From positions 30,275 to 94,274 of the forward strand of contig CACJWU010000002.1 of the NCBI GenBank assembly GCA_902597215.1: a stretch of DNA of 64,000 nucleotides, in the 5' to 3' direction. The stretch comes from an uncultured Pelagibacteraceae bacterium. GTDB lineage: Bacteria; Pseudomonadota; Alphaproteobacteria; Pelagibacterales; Pelagibacteraceae. Below the pieces are notes generated by a model. The model saw only the letters and a list, made by a program, of their open reading frames with translations. It was not told where the DNA came from and did not search any database. This document shows positions 37,159-46,706 of the stretch, piece by piece (the first letter of the stretch is position 1; the number at the start of each line of letters is the position of its first letter). The position numbers were made by a program, and so were the translations under genes.

Positions 37159-38616
37159 GTGAGTCAACAAAAAATAAAAAAAACATTAATTAATTGGGAT
37201 CTGGTTACAGTAAATCCAAATAACAAAAATTGGGATTGGAAAGATTTATTTTGTTATTGGGGAGTTAATATTCAGAGTATCATAGGGTTTTCACTAATAA
37301 CGTCTCTTTATCTAATTTATAATCTTAACACTTTAGTGGTTTTTTTTGGAACACTTATAGGATCTCTTTTAGTTTATTTTTTTTGCAATTTGATTGGAAA
37401 ACCATCTCAGAAATTTGGATTGCCTTTTGTAGTTTTATTAAGATCATCTTTGGGAATTATAGGAGCTAAGTATTTTGGTTTTTTAAGATTTTTTGTAGGA
37501 ACATTTTTATTTGGTGTACAAACTTATTTTTTGTCCAAAGCAGTTGGATATTTGATTAGAATATCTTTTTTTTATTTTGATAATGAATTTTTAAATAGAG
37601 AAATATTCTTATTATTCATCCTAGGCATGAATATAATAGATTGGAGCGCAATTATTATAACAATAATTTTTCAATTTTTCTTATTCAGTATTGGAATGAA
37701 TTTTAACAAGAAGCTCATTCAAATTTCTGCAATATCTGTTTATTGTGGAATATTGCTATTTTTCTTTTCTGTTTTATTAACTGATGTAAAATATACCTTT
37801 TCTGCTTTTAATAACTTCTTAGATATAGATGATTTTATTTCTTATAGTAACTTAGGTCCATTGATTACTGTCGCAGGGACTACTTTTGCTTTTTTTTCAA
37901 TTGTAATTTTAACTTTTGGAGATTTTTCACGATATGTAAAAAATGAGAGTGAGTTAAAAAAAGGAAATATAAGTTTAATGCTTAACTTAATTATATTTTC
38001 TTTTCTTGCATTATTTATTGTTGCTGGCACTGATGCTTTTTTAAATAAGGATCCAGATAATCTCTCAAGAATATTAACTAATCCAACGGACATAATAGGA
38101 AAAATTGATAATTTACTTATTACTTGTTTAGCCTTAGTTTTTATAATAATTGCATCTGCTTCCACAAATTTAATAGCAAATTTTATTCCTTCTCAATATA
38201 CTTTAATTAATTTCATTCCAAGCTCATTGTCTATTAAATCCTCAAGTTATGTAATTGCTCTTTTTGGATTTTTAGTAGGAATTTTTTGGTTAACTTTTTT
38301 TAGTCAAATTGGAATTTTATCTTTTATTGACACGTTTGGTGCATTTTTTGGTCCTTTAGTTGGAGTTATGATTTCTGATTATTATTTTATTAAAAAAGGC
38401 ACACTTAATAATAAAGATATTTATTCATTAGAGACAAACGGAGATTATTATTACACTGGTGGATGGCATTTGAAAGGAATTTATGCTTTGTTTTTAGGTT
38501 TCATTTTTTCTGCATCAACAATTTGGAACAGTAATTTAATGTTCTTACAAGCTTATTCTTGGATTATAGGAGCTTTTATATCTTCATTTACTTACTACCT
38601 TTTAGCAAAAAAATAA
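37159..38616 (+). CDS. NCS1 nucleobase:cation symporter family permease
   Basis: GLPFVVLLRSSLG, GDFSRY, STNLIAN, ISDYYFIKKG, YYTGGW; GTG start. Confidence 0.88.
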   Translation: MSQQKIKKTLINWDLVTVNPNNKNWDWKDLFCYWGVNIQSIIGFSLITSLYLIYNLNTLVVFFGTLIGSLLVYFFCNLIGKPSQKFGLPFVVLLRSSLGIIGAKYFGFLRFFVGTFLFGVQTYFLSKAVGYLIRISFFYFDNEFLNREIFLLFILGMNIIDWSAIIITIIFQFFLFSIGMNFNKKLIQISAISVYCGILLFFFSVLLTDVKYTFSAFNNFLDIDDFISYSNLGPLITVAGTTFAFFSIVILTFGDFSRYVKNESELKKGNISLMLNLIIFSFLALFIVAGTDAFLNKDPDNLSRILTNPTDIIGKIDNLLITCLALVFIIIASASTNLIANFIPSQYTLINFIPSSLSIKSSSYVIALFGFLVGIFWLTFFSQIGILSFIDTFGAFFGPLVGVMISDYYFIKKGTLNNKDIYSLETNGDYYYTGGWHLKGIYALFLGFIFSASTIWNSNLMFLQAYSWIIGAFISSFTYYLLAKK

Positions 38617-38620
38617 TTAG

Positions 38621-39373
38621 ATGAATAAAATTAATTTTGATTTTAAAAATAAAACTGCTGTTATCACAGGAGGAGCCCAAGGGTTTGGGTTTGATATTGC
38701 AAAAAGATTTTTAGAATCTGGCGCTAGAGTAATTATTTGGGATATAGATAATAATATGCTCGAAAAAGCAATTAAGAATTTAAACAATAAAAATTTAAGT
38801 TCCAATATAGTTGATGTTTCAAATTTTAAAGATGTTGAAAAATGTGTTAATGAAATTACTAAAAAATCAAATATTGATATCTTAATCAATAATGCAGGTA
38901 TAACTGGTCCCACAGCTCCATTATGGGAGTACGATATTGATGAATGGAAAAAAGTAGTTGATATAAACTTAATGGGAACTTTTAACTGTTGTAGAGCTGT
39001 GGTCCCAAATATGATCAAAAATAACTATGGTAGAATTGTAAATGTTGCCTCTGTAGCTGGCAAAGATGGAAATGCGAACGCTAGTGCCTATAGTACAGGC
39101 AAAGCAGGAGCTATTGGACTCACAAAGTCTTTGGGTAAAGAGCTTGCTGATAAAAATATTGCTGTAAATGCAGTAACACCAGCAGGGGCAAAAACACGAA
39201 TATTAAACCAAATGACCAAAGAGCATGTTCAAAGAATGCTTTCAAAAGTCCCAAGAGGACGATTTCTTGAAGTAGAGGAATTTACATCCTTAGTTTGTTG
39301 GCTTTCTTCTGAAGAAAATACATTCTCAACTGCAGCTGTTTTTGATATTAGTGGAGGTCGTTCGACTTATTAA
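38621..39373 (+). CDS. SDR oxidoreductase (FabG-like)
   Basis: TGGAQGFG, NNAGITG, YSTGK. Confidence 0.92.
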   Translation: MNKINFDFKNKTAVITGGAQGFGFDIAKRFLESGARVIIWDIDNNMLEKAIKNLNNKNLSSNIVDVSNFKDVEKCVNEITKKSNIDILINNAGITGPTAPLWEYDIDEWKKVVDINLMGTFNCCRAVVPNMIKNNYGRIVNVASVAGKDGNANASAYSTGKAGAIGLTKSLGKELADKNIAVNAVTPAGAKTRILNQMTKEHVQRMLSKVPRGRFLEVEEFTSLVCWLSSEENTFSTAAVFDISGGRSTY

Positions 39374-39507
39374 TTTTGAGAATTTTTATCAATTATCTTT
39401 AAATTATTTACATTGGCACGGCTTAATTTTACATCCTTTGACATAACTGGTGCAAAAATTAAGATTGACCAGTAAATTAATAGAATAAAAATTGAGATTG
39501 TCTTCAT
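39370..39507 (-). CDS. Small hypothetical protein (45 aa)
   Basis: MKTISIFILLIYWSILIFAPVMSKDVKLSRANV...; signal- or TM-like N-terminus. Confidence 0.4.
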   Translation of the reverse strand: MKTISIFILLIYWSILIFAPVMSKDVKLSRANVNNLKIIDKNSQN

Positions 39508-39588
39508 AATTAATAAATATTTATAAAAGTTGATTTTTGAATGTTTAAATTTTGTCAAAATAATGTATTAACAATTTTTTTTAAAAAA

Positions 39589-40239
39589 ATGAATTTAATT
39601 TATAGAGCTCTGTTTATTTTTATATCAACCATTGGCTTCAGTTATGCGACTGATGTAAAAGTATTTGATTTTTCTAATGAAGAGCTAGCAATTTTAGAAG
39701 TTCGAAAAGTAAGAGGAGCTGATAATAAAACTCTTTATACTGTTGGATCTAATGAGAAAGGTAATTTTTTAAAAGCAGTTGCAGAAAATGCTGCCTCAGG
39801 GTTAGGTAAGGAGGTCAAAATAGACTTAGATAAAACTCCATTTATTAATATCACATGGAAAATAGAAAAAGATTTACCTGGCATAAAGGAAAACACTAAA
39901 AAGGGTCATGATTTTGCAGCTAGGGTATTTGTGATAAAAAAAACTGGTGCCACACCTTTATCTAATAGAGCTATTAATTATGTATTTTCAAGCAATAACG
40001 ATATTGGTTTTAATGCTCCGAGTCCTTATACAAAAAAATCCATAGACAATGTTTTAGCCACGACTAAAACAAATCTAAATGAGTGGGTTACAGTTAAAGC
40101 AAATGTAAAAGAAGATTTTAAAAAATTTCATGATCTTGATGTAAATCAATTAGATGGCTTAGCAATTATGTCAGACACAGATAATTCAAAAATGATAGCT
40201 ATAGCTTACTTTCAAAACATATATTTTTCAGAGAATTAA
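39589..40239 (+). CDS. DUF3047-like exported protein
   Basis: TPFINITWK, GHDFAARVFV, INYVFSS, LAIMSDTDN. Start re-called at MNLIYR. Confidence 0.82.
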   Translation: MNLIYRALFIFISTIGFSYATDVKVFDFSNEELAILEVRKVRGADNKTLYTVGSNEKGNFLKAVAENAASGLGKEVKIDLDKTPFINITWKIEKDLPGIKENTKKGHDFAARVFVIKKTGATPLSNRAINYVFSSNNDIGFNAPSPYTKKSIDNVLATTKTNLNEWVTVKANVKEDFKKFHDLDVNQLDGLAIMSDTDNSKMIAIAYFQNIYFSEN

Positions 40240-40380
40240 CTATAATTTTAAAAATTTTTTTAAAAAAATATTAAATAAAGCTAAAATTACAGCTACAATG
40301 ACATCTTCAATTGGGCTCGCTTGAGGATAACCAAAGTTCCAAGCAATTACTAAAATTAACCAAATTACAAAAATATTCAT
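40240..40380 (-). CDS. Small 2-TM hypothetical protein (46 aa)
   Basis: MNIFVIWLILVIAWNFGYPQASPIEDVIVAVILALFNIFLKKFLKL. Confidence 0.65.
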   Translation of the reverse strand: MNIFVIWLILVIAWNFGYPQASPIEDVIVAVILALFNIFLKKFLKL

Positions 40381-40436
40381 CTAAACCTTGCACCTTACAA
40401 TATATAAAATTTTTTTATTTTTGATATAATCCATTT

Positions 40437-40859
40437 ATGCATGAAAATTTCTACTTCAAATTAAAAGTTTATTATGAGGATACAGACTCTGGGGGTGTAG
40501 TTTATTATGCAAATTATCTTAAATTTTTGGAGAGAGCTAGGACAGAGGCTTTATTTTCAATTGGATATAGTAATAAAAAACTTCAAAAAGATTTTAATTT
40601 ATTAATAATAGTTAAATCTTGTAATATAGAATATAGAAAGTCAGCTTACTTAGAGGATGAATTAAGCGTAAGATCTTTTGTTAAATCAATTACCAAAACT
40701 TCTTTTTTTATGAATCAAATAATCACTAAAAATAAAGATGTGATTGTTGAAGCACAAGTACATTTAGTTTTTATTAATAAAAATGGAAAGCCACAAAAAA
40801 TTCCAGATGAAATTTACTCAAAATTTAAACCTTTCTTTTGTGATAGTATTAAAAATTAG
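40437..40859 (+). CDS. ybgC: YbgC/FadM family acyl-CoA thioesterase
   Basis: VYYEDTDSGGVVYYANYLKFLERARTE. Confidence 0.92.
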   Translation: MHENFYFKLKVYYEDTDSGGVVYYANYLKFLERARTEALFSIGYSNKKLQKDFNLLIIVKSCNIEYRKSAYLEDELSVRSFVKSITKTSFFMNQIITKNKDVIVEAQVHLVFINKNGKPQKIPDEIYSKFKPFFCDSIKN

Positions 40860-41529
40860 CTAATTTTTTTGCTTTTTTAAATAATTGAACCATCATTTTT
40901 TCAGTGATTAGTTTGGTATTAACATTTCTAGGACTCGGATGATAACTCGCTAATATGATAATATCATTTGGTAATACATATGTATTTCCATGTTTAAAAA
41001 TGATTTTTTTTTTAATCTCAAACTTTTGTTTATAAAGTTTAAAACAATTATCAAAAGCTACTTTACCCAAGGTAACAATAACCTTAAGATTTTTAAGATT
41101 GAACATTTCTTTGTTAAAAAAATTTGAACAATTAGAAATCTCATTACTTAAGGGTTTATCATTAGGAGGTACACATTTAAGTATGTTTGTAATAAAGGTA
41201 TATTTTAATTTCAAATTATCTTTTAAATTATTTGAAAATGGATTATTTGAAATACCAACTTGATGTAAACATTTAAATAAAAAATCACCCGATTTATCTC
41301 CTGTAAATGCTCTACCAGTTCTTGTGCCACCATGAGCTGCAGGAGCTAAACCAATAATTGCTAATTTTGAGTTTAAATTTCCAAAACCTGGAACAGGTTT
41401 TCCCCAATAAATCTCATTGATATTTTGTTTTCTTTTTTGAGTGCATATTTTATTAATGAATTTAATTAGTCTAGGACATTTTTTGCAATTAATAATTTTT
41501 TTATTTAAACTGTTTAATTTAATATTCAT
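40849..41529 (-). CDS. Uracil-DNA glycosylase family 5 (UdgB-like)
   Basis: CKKCPRL, GLAPAAHGGTRTGRAFTGD, CVPP, YHPSPRN. Confidence 0.93.
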   Translation of the reverse strand: MNIKLNSLNKKIINCKKCPRLIKFINKICTQKRKQNINEIYWGKPVPGFGNLNSKLAIIGLAPAAHGGTRTGRAFTGDKSGDFLFKCLHQVGISNNPFSNNLKDNLKLKYTFITNILKCVPPNDKPLSNEISNCSNFFNKEMFNLKNLKVIVTLGKVAFDNCFKLYKQKFEIKKKIIFKHGNTYVLPNDIIILASYHPSPRNVNTKLITEKMMVQLFKKAKKLANF

Positions 41530-41532
41530 AAA

Positions 41533-42090
41533 ATGAAATTTTTAAAATTTTCCATATTTATATTTATATCTTTAACATCATCTATTAAAGCAGATTTAAA
41601 TCAAAAAATTATAAAACAACTTGAAGATGGCGGAAAAATAATATTCATTAGACATGCCTATGCACCTGGAGGTGGTGATCCAGATAACTTTGACTTAAAA
41701 GATTGTTTAACTCAAAGAAATTTAAATGATGAGGGTAAACAACAAGCTAAAAAAATTGGTGAATTTTTTAAAAAAAATAAAGTTCAAATAGATAAAGTTT
41801 TTTCAAGTGAATGGTGTAGATGTAAAGAGACAGCTCTAATTGCATTTAATGATTTTGAGACAAGAAAATATCTTAATTCATTTTACAGTTCAAAATTTGC
41901 AAAAAATAAGGATGTGCAAATCAATAATTTGAAAAAAAATGTAAATAATTGGGATAGTGATAAAAACTTAGTTTTAGTAACTCATTATGTTGTTATATCT
42001 GAGGTTCTTAATTATGCACCAAGTTCTGGTGAAATTGTAATATCTGATAAAAATTTTACAATGATAGGAAATATTGAGGTAGAGTATTAA
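41533..42090 (+). CDS. Histidine phosphatase family protein (exported)
   Basis: FIRHA, QRNL, SSEWCRCKETA, VTH. Confidence 0.88.
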   Translation: MKFLKFSIFIFISLTSSIKADLNQKIIKQLEDGGKIIFIRHAYAPGGGDPDNFDLKDCLTQRNLNDEGKQQAKKIGEFFKKNKVQIDKVFSSEWCRCKETALIAFNDFETRKYLNSFYSSKFAKNKDVQINNLKKNVNNWDSDKNLVLVTHYVVISEVLNYAPSSGEIVISDKNFTMIGNIEVEY

Positions 42091-42097
42091 TTAAACT

Positions 42098-42220
42098 ATG
42101 TCTTCTAAAAGAGCGATGAAACAAGCACAGAAGCAAGCCTATGCAAAGCATAGAAGCAATATAACTAACAACCGATTTAATTCAAAAAAAAGGTTCTTTA
42201 AAAAAAAGGAAAAAAATTAA
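42098..42220 (+). CDS. Small basic hypothetical protein (40 aa)
   Basis: MSSKRAMKQAQKQAYAKHRSNITNNRFNSKKRFFKKKEKN; fills the spacer exactly. Confidence 0.5.
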   Translation: MSSKRAMKQAQKQAYAKHRSNITNNRFNSKKRFFKKKEKN

Positions 42221-42639
42221 CTTTCTTCTTTAAATTGTTCTATTTTTTTACAGGTCGAGATTTTAGAAAGCCCCTCTTCATCATTAAGTACAGTCTTCAT
42301 AAAAATTTCTTGCTTATCCTTTTCAAATAAAATTTGAGTATAAAATTGTGGATATCCATGCTTATGAGTTAATATTTTTCCATTTTCTTCATAGATATTT
42401 CTTACATATGAATTAGATTTTTTTACACTCAAGTCGGTTAATTTATATTTTTTATACGTTTTTTCCTTATAAACATAATTTCTGGTCATTATTAGTTCAT
42501 TAAGATTAAGAATATATTCATTTTTTAAGAATTCATCTTGTTTATCATCACAAGCGCTCAAAATGATAACTTCTGATTTAAGAATTTGAAAAGGAAAAAA
42601 AATTAAAAATAAGAAAAATAAAAATTTAATCCTTTTCAT
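42217..42639 (-). CDS. Exported hypothetical protein
   Basis: 140-aa ORF with a signal peptide and two Cys. Confidence 0.75.
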   Translation of the reverse strand: MKRIKFLFFLFLIFFPFQILKSEVIILSACDDKQDEFLKNEYILNLNELIMTRNYVYKEKTYKKYKLTDLSVKKSNSYVRNIYEENGKILTHKHGYPQFYTQILFEKDKQEIFMKTVLNDEEGLSKISTCKKIEQFKEES

Positions 42640-42799
42640 TTTTTTCAGTAAAAAATATGCCTATAAGTAATAATGCAGTCCAACCAAGACCTATAAGACC
42701 TTTAATAATACTAGTGTTAGCGCTCCATATGTCTAAAAATACAGCTCCAATAATTAGACCTACTATATATATAATTAGTAAAATAGAAGTTTTACTCAT
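42626..42799 (-). CDS. Small 2-TM hypothetical protein (57 aa)
   Basis: MSKTSILLIIYIVGLIIGAVFLDIWSANTSIIKGLIGLGWTALLLIGIFFTEKNEKD; overlaps both neighbours in operon fashion. Confidence 0.7.
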   Translation of the reverse strand: MSKTSILLIIYIVGLIIGAVFLDIWSANTSIIKGLIGLGWTALLLIGIFFTEKNEKD

Positions 42800-43043
42800 T
42801 TTTTAAATTTTTTTTAAACAAAGAGATACCATTTTCAATTTTATATGTATAGGACTCTTCGAAACTTTCTAATTGCCAGCCTGTTAATCTTTTTTTGATA
42901 ATTTGAATATTCTTTATTTTCCATTCATCAGAAGTATCTTCAAGTTTCCAAATTTTCTTCTCTTCATTGTTTCTTCCACAACCATAACAATATCCAGTTG
43001 TTGGATCAGTTTTACAAATGCTTATACATGGTGAAATAATCAT
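42792..43043 (-). CDS. DUF1289 family protein
   Basis: SPCISICK...GYCYGCGR...E...W. Confidence 0.85.
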   Translation of the reverse strand: MIISPCISICKTDPTTGYCYGCGRNNEEKKIWKLEDTSDEWKIKNIQIIKKRLTGWQLESFEESYTYKIENGISLFKKNLKNE

Positions 43044-43132
43044 ATTTTATATTATTAAGGAAAAATAATATATTTTTCAATAAATGTCGTTGGACAAATA
43101 ATATCAATAATATATAAAACCTCTAAATTTGT

Positions 43133-43217
43133 GGGGCGATGGCGGAATTGGTAGACGCGTCGGTCTTAGGAACCGATAGAGTAATCTGTGAAGGTTCGAG
43201 TCCTTTTCGCCCTACCA
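43133..43217 (+). tRNA. tRNA-Leu(TAG)
   Basis: Acceptor GGGGCGA/TCGCCCT-A-CCA, anticodon arm TCGGT-CTTAGGA-ACCGA, long variable arm, GGTTCGAGTCC. Confidence 0.97.
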
Positions 43218-43227
43218 AAAACAAATT

Positions 43228-44643
43228 ATGAAAGTTACATTAGAAAATAAAAAAGGTTTAAATAAAAATCTAAAGGTATTCATAGATAAAAAAACAATGA
43301 GTACTTATATGGATGAAAAATATGAGGAGATTAAGGGTACGGTTAATCTTAAAGGTTTTAGACCAGGCAAGGTACCAAAAGAAGTTTTAAAAAGACAGTT
43401 TGGTAAAGCAATCTTTGGAGAAGTTTTAGATAAAGTTTTAAAAGAGACCTCAACCAAAGCACTAGAGGAGAATAAAATCAAACCAGCTGGCCAACCTAAA
43501 TTAGATCTTAAAACTTATGGTGAAGATAAAGATTTAGAATATGTACTTTCTGTTACTGAGCTTCCAAAGGTTGAAATTAAATCAATCGAGAATATAAAAT
43601 TTAATGATTATATTGTAAAAATTGATCAAAATGAAACTGATAAAAGAATAAAAGAAATTGCAAAAAATCAGCCTAACTTTAAAGATGCAGCCGATGGTTC
43701 AAAAGCAAAAGAGGGGAATCTTGTTATCTTTGATTATACAGCTACAGTTGATGATAAACCATTTAAAGGAGGTGAGGGAAAAAATACACAACTTACTTTA
43801 GGAAAAGATTTATTTTTAAAAGGTTTTGATAAACAATTAATTGGAGCTGTTAAAGGTGATGAAAAAATTGTTGAGGCTGTTCTTCCTGAAAATTTTCCTG
43901 AGAAAGAACTAGTGAATAAAAAAGCAAAATTTAAGTGTTTGGTTACAGCTGTAAAAAATTCAGAGGAAGTAAAAATAGATGATCTATTTGCAAAAAATCT
44001 GGGTGCCAAAGATTTGAATGATTTAAAATCTTTAATATCTAAACAAATAAATGATGAATATAAAAATTCATTAGATCGTTTAGCAAAAAATCAAATTTTA
44101 AAAGAAATAGAGACTTTTAAAGTAGATCAAATTCCAGAAAATTTAATTGAAGAGGAGGTTAAAATTCTCTCTAAAGGAATGTCAGACGAAGATGCAAAAA
44201 AAAGTAAAAAAAACTTTGAGGAAATTGCAAAAAAAAGAATTAAAGTTGGTTTAATTCTAAATGAATTTGGTGAGCAAAATAATATTAAAGTTTCAGAGCA
44301 AGAGCTTCAAGCTGAAGTACAAAAACAAGTTAGAATGATGCCTGGACAAGAAAAAATGGTAATGGATTTTTATCAAAAGAACCCCACTGCTTTAGCAAGT
44401 CTTAGAGGAACAGTTTATGAGGAAAAAATTATAAGCTCGATAAAAGAAAAAGCAAAAGGAATTAAAAAAGAGGTATCAAAAGAAGAAGCTGAAAAAATTT
44501 TAAAAGAAGCTCAAAGTCAAGACAAAGATAAAATAATTAAAAAAAACCATGAGACTAAAAAAACTGTAGCTAAAAAATCTCCCTCGAAATCTAGTAAATC
44601 TAAATCATCAACAAAAAAATTAAAAAAAGTTAGCAAAAAGTAA
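43228..44643 (+). CDS. tig: Trigger factor
   Basis: KGFRPGKVP and an FKBP domain; follows tRNA-Leu and precedes clpP. Confidence 0.97.
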   Translation: MKVTLENKKGLNKNLKVFIDKKTMSTYMDEKYEEIKGTVNLKGFRPGKVPKEVLKRQFGKAIFGEVLDKVLKETSTKALEENKIKPAGQPKLDLKTYGEDKDLEYVLSVTELPKVEIKSIENIKFNDYIVKIDQNETDKRIKEIAKNQPNFKDAADGSKAKEGNLVIFDYTATVDDKPFKGGEGKNTQLTLGKDLFLKGFDKQLIGAVKGDEKIVEAVLPENFPEKELVNKKAKFKCLVTAVKNSEEVKIDDLFAKNLGAKDLNDLKSLISKQINDEYKNSLDRLAKNQILKEIETFKVDQIPENLIEEEVKILSKGMSDEDAKKSKKNFEEIAKKRIKVGLILNEFGEQNNIKVSEQELQAEVQKQVRMMPGQEKMVMDFYQKNPTALASLRGTVYEEKIISSIKEKAKGIKKEVSKEEAEKILKEAQSQDKDKIIKKNHETKKTVAKKSPSKSSKSKSSTKKLKKVSKK

Positions 44644-44676
44644 TCTCAAGTTGTATAAGTTGAAACGAATCAACTT

Positions 44677-45288
44677 ATGACAAATAAAATTTCAGAACAT
44701 ATGAATACTCTTGTGCCAATGGTTGTGGAACAGTCAAATAAGGGTGAAAGAGCTTATGACATCTATTCTAGATTATTAAAAGAAAGAATAATTTTTTTAA
44801 CAGGTCAAATTAATGATAATGTTGCCTCATTAGTTACAGCACAATTATTATTTCTTGAAGCTGAAGATCCTAAAAAAGAAATTTATCTTTATATAAATAG
44901 TCCTGGTGGTTTAGTTACCTCAGGTCTTGGTATTTACGATACAATGCAATATATCAAGCCAGAAATATCAACTTTGTGCATTGGTCAAGCCGCATCAATG
45001 GGTTCTTTTTTACTAGCGGCAGGTGCAAACGGAAAAAGGTTTTCATTACCAAATTCTAGAATAATGGTACATCAACCATCTGCAGGTTTTCAGGGACAGG
45101 CAACTGATATAGAAATTCATGCTAATGAAGTACTAGCATTAAAAAAAAGATTAAATGAAATTTATTCTAAACATACTGGAAAATCAGTCGATGAAATTAA
45201 ATCTGCTTTAGAAAGAGATAATTTCATGACTGCAGATGTAGCAAAGTCTTTTGGATTAATAGATGAAGTTGTAGAGAAAAGATCTTAA
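44677..45288 (+). CDS. clpP: Clp protease proteolytic subunit
   Basis: [32 protein letters not shown]. Confidence 0.99.
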   Translation: MTNKISEHMNTLVPMVVEQSNKGERAYDIYSRLLKERIIFLTGQINDNVASLVTAQLLFLEAEDPKKEIYLYINSPGGLVTSGLGIYDTMQYIKPEISTLCIGQAASMGSFLLAAGANGKRFSLPNSRIMVHQPSAGFQGQATDIEIHANEVLALKKRLNEIYSKHTGKSVDEIKSALERDNFMTADVAKSFGLIDEVVEKRS

Positions 45289-45377
45289 GGCACAACATAT
45301 TGTTCAATTGTTATTGTAAACTTGAAAAGTGGGAGTTATTTATAATAAAGTAAAAAGATTGATTCGTTTTAAAAATT

Positions 45378-46646
45378 ATGAGCTCAAACAATAAAAATAT
45401 TCTTTACTGTTCTTTCTGCGGAAAAAGCCAACATGAAGTTAGAAAACTTATTGCTGGACCAACGGTGTTCATTTGTGATGAGTGTGTTGAATTATGTATG
45501 GATATCATAAAAGAGGAGAGCAAGGATACTTTAGTAAAACATCAAGATGGATTACCTTCACCAAAAGAAATTTGTTCAGTTTTAGACGATTACGTAATTG
45601 GCCAGAGTCATGCAAAAAAAGTTTTGTCAGTAGCAGTACATAATCACTATAAAAGATTAAATTATGAGAGCAAGACCAGCAAAAATGTAGAACTTGCTAA
45701 ATCAAACATTCTTTTAGTTGGACCAACAGGTTGTGGAAAAACATTATTAGCTCAAACTCTTGCGAGAATATTAGATGTTCCTTTCACTATGGCTGATGCT
45801 ACAACTCTTACAGAAGCAGGTTATGTAGGAGAAGATGTTGAAAACATAATTTTAAAATTACTTCAAGCGGCAGACTATAATGTAGAAAAAGCCCAAAGAG
45901 GAATTGTTTATATTGATGAGGTTGATAAAATAAGTAGAAAATCTGAAAACCCATCTATTACTAGAGATGTATCAGGAGAAGGTGTTCAACAAGCTTTACT
46001 AAAAATTATGGAGGGAACAGTTGCTAGTGTCCCCCCTCAAGGTGGCAGAAAACATCCACAACAAGAATTTTTGCAAGTAGATACGACTAATATTTTATTT
46101 ATATGTGGAGGTGCATTTGCTGGATTAGATAAAATTATTTCTCAAAGAGACAAAGGAACTTCAATTGGATTTGGTGCTGATGTAAAAAATACACAAGATA
46201 AGAAAACTGGTGAATGGATGAAAGGATTGGAGCCTGAGGATTTATTAAAGTATGGATTAATTCCAGAGTTTATAGGTCGACTACCAATGATAGCAACTTT
46301 AGAGGATCTTGATGAAAGATCTTTAATAAAAATTTTACAAGAACCTAAAAATTCATTAACTAAACAGTATCAAGAATTGTTTAAATTAGACGGTGCAAAA
46401 CTTACATTTAAAGAAAGTGCATTAAAAGAGATAGCTTTAAAAGCAATAAAAAAGAAAACTGGAGCAAGGGGTTTGAGATCAATTTTGGAAAATATCTTGC
46501 TAAAGACTATGTATGATTTACCAAGTCAAGAGAACATAGAAGAGGTTATAATTGATGCATCTGCGGCTAAGGGTCAGTCTCAGCCTATTTTGGTTCATTC
46601 AAAAACTGACATTAAATCTAAGCCATCAAAGACATCAGCGGCTTAA
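45378..46646 (+). CDS. clpX: Clp protease ATPase ClpX
   Basis: CSFCGK zinc finger, [11 protein letters not shown] loop, TGARGLR. Confidence 0.99.
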   Translation: MSSNNKNILYCSFCGKSQHEVRKLIAGPTVFICDECVELCMDIIKEESKDTLVKHQDGLPSPKEICSVLDDYVIGQSHAKKVLSVAVHNHYKRLNYESKTSKNVELAKSNILLVGPTGCGKTLLAQTLARILDVPFTMADATTLTEAGYVGEDVENIILKLLQAADYNVEKAQRGIVYIDEVDKISRKSENPSITRDVSGEGVQQALLKIMEGTVASVPPQGGRKHPQQEFLQVDTTNILFICGGAFAGLDKIISQRDKGTSIGFGADVKNTQDKKTGEWMKGLEPEDLLKYGLIPEFIGRLPMIATLEDLDERSLIKILQEPKNSLTKQYQELFKLDGAKLTFKESALKEIALKAIKKKTGARGLRSILENILLKTMYDLPSQENIEEVIIDASAAKGQSQPILVHSKTDIKSKPSKTSAA

Positions 46647-46706
46647 TATCCATAATAACTCTTAAAAAGGTATTGCAATATAAAATATAATATCCATATT
46701 CACATT

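Noticed and set aside
45321-46700. Possible sigma-32 promoters before clpX (CTTGAA at 45321) and lon (TTGCAA...CCATAT near 46674-46700)
   Set aside because: Plausible from gene function, but the -10 element or spacing is not convincing enough to call.
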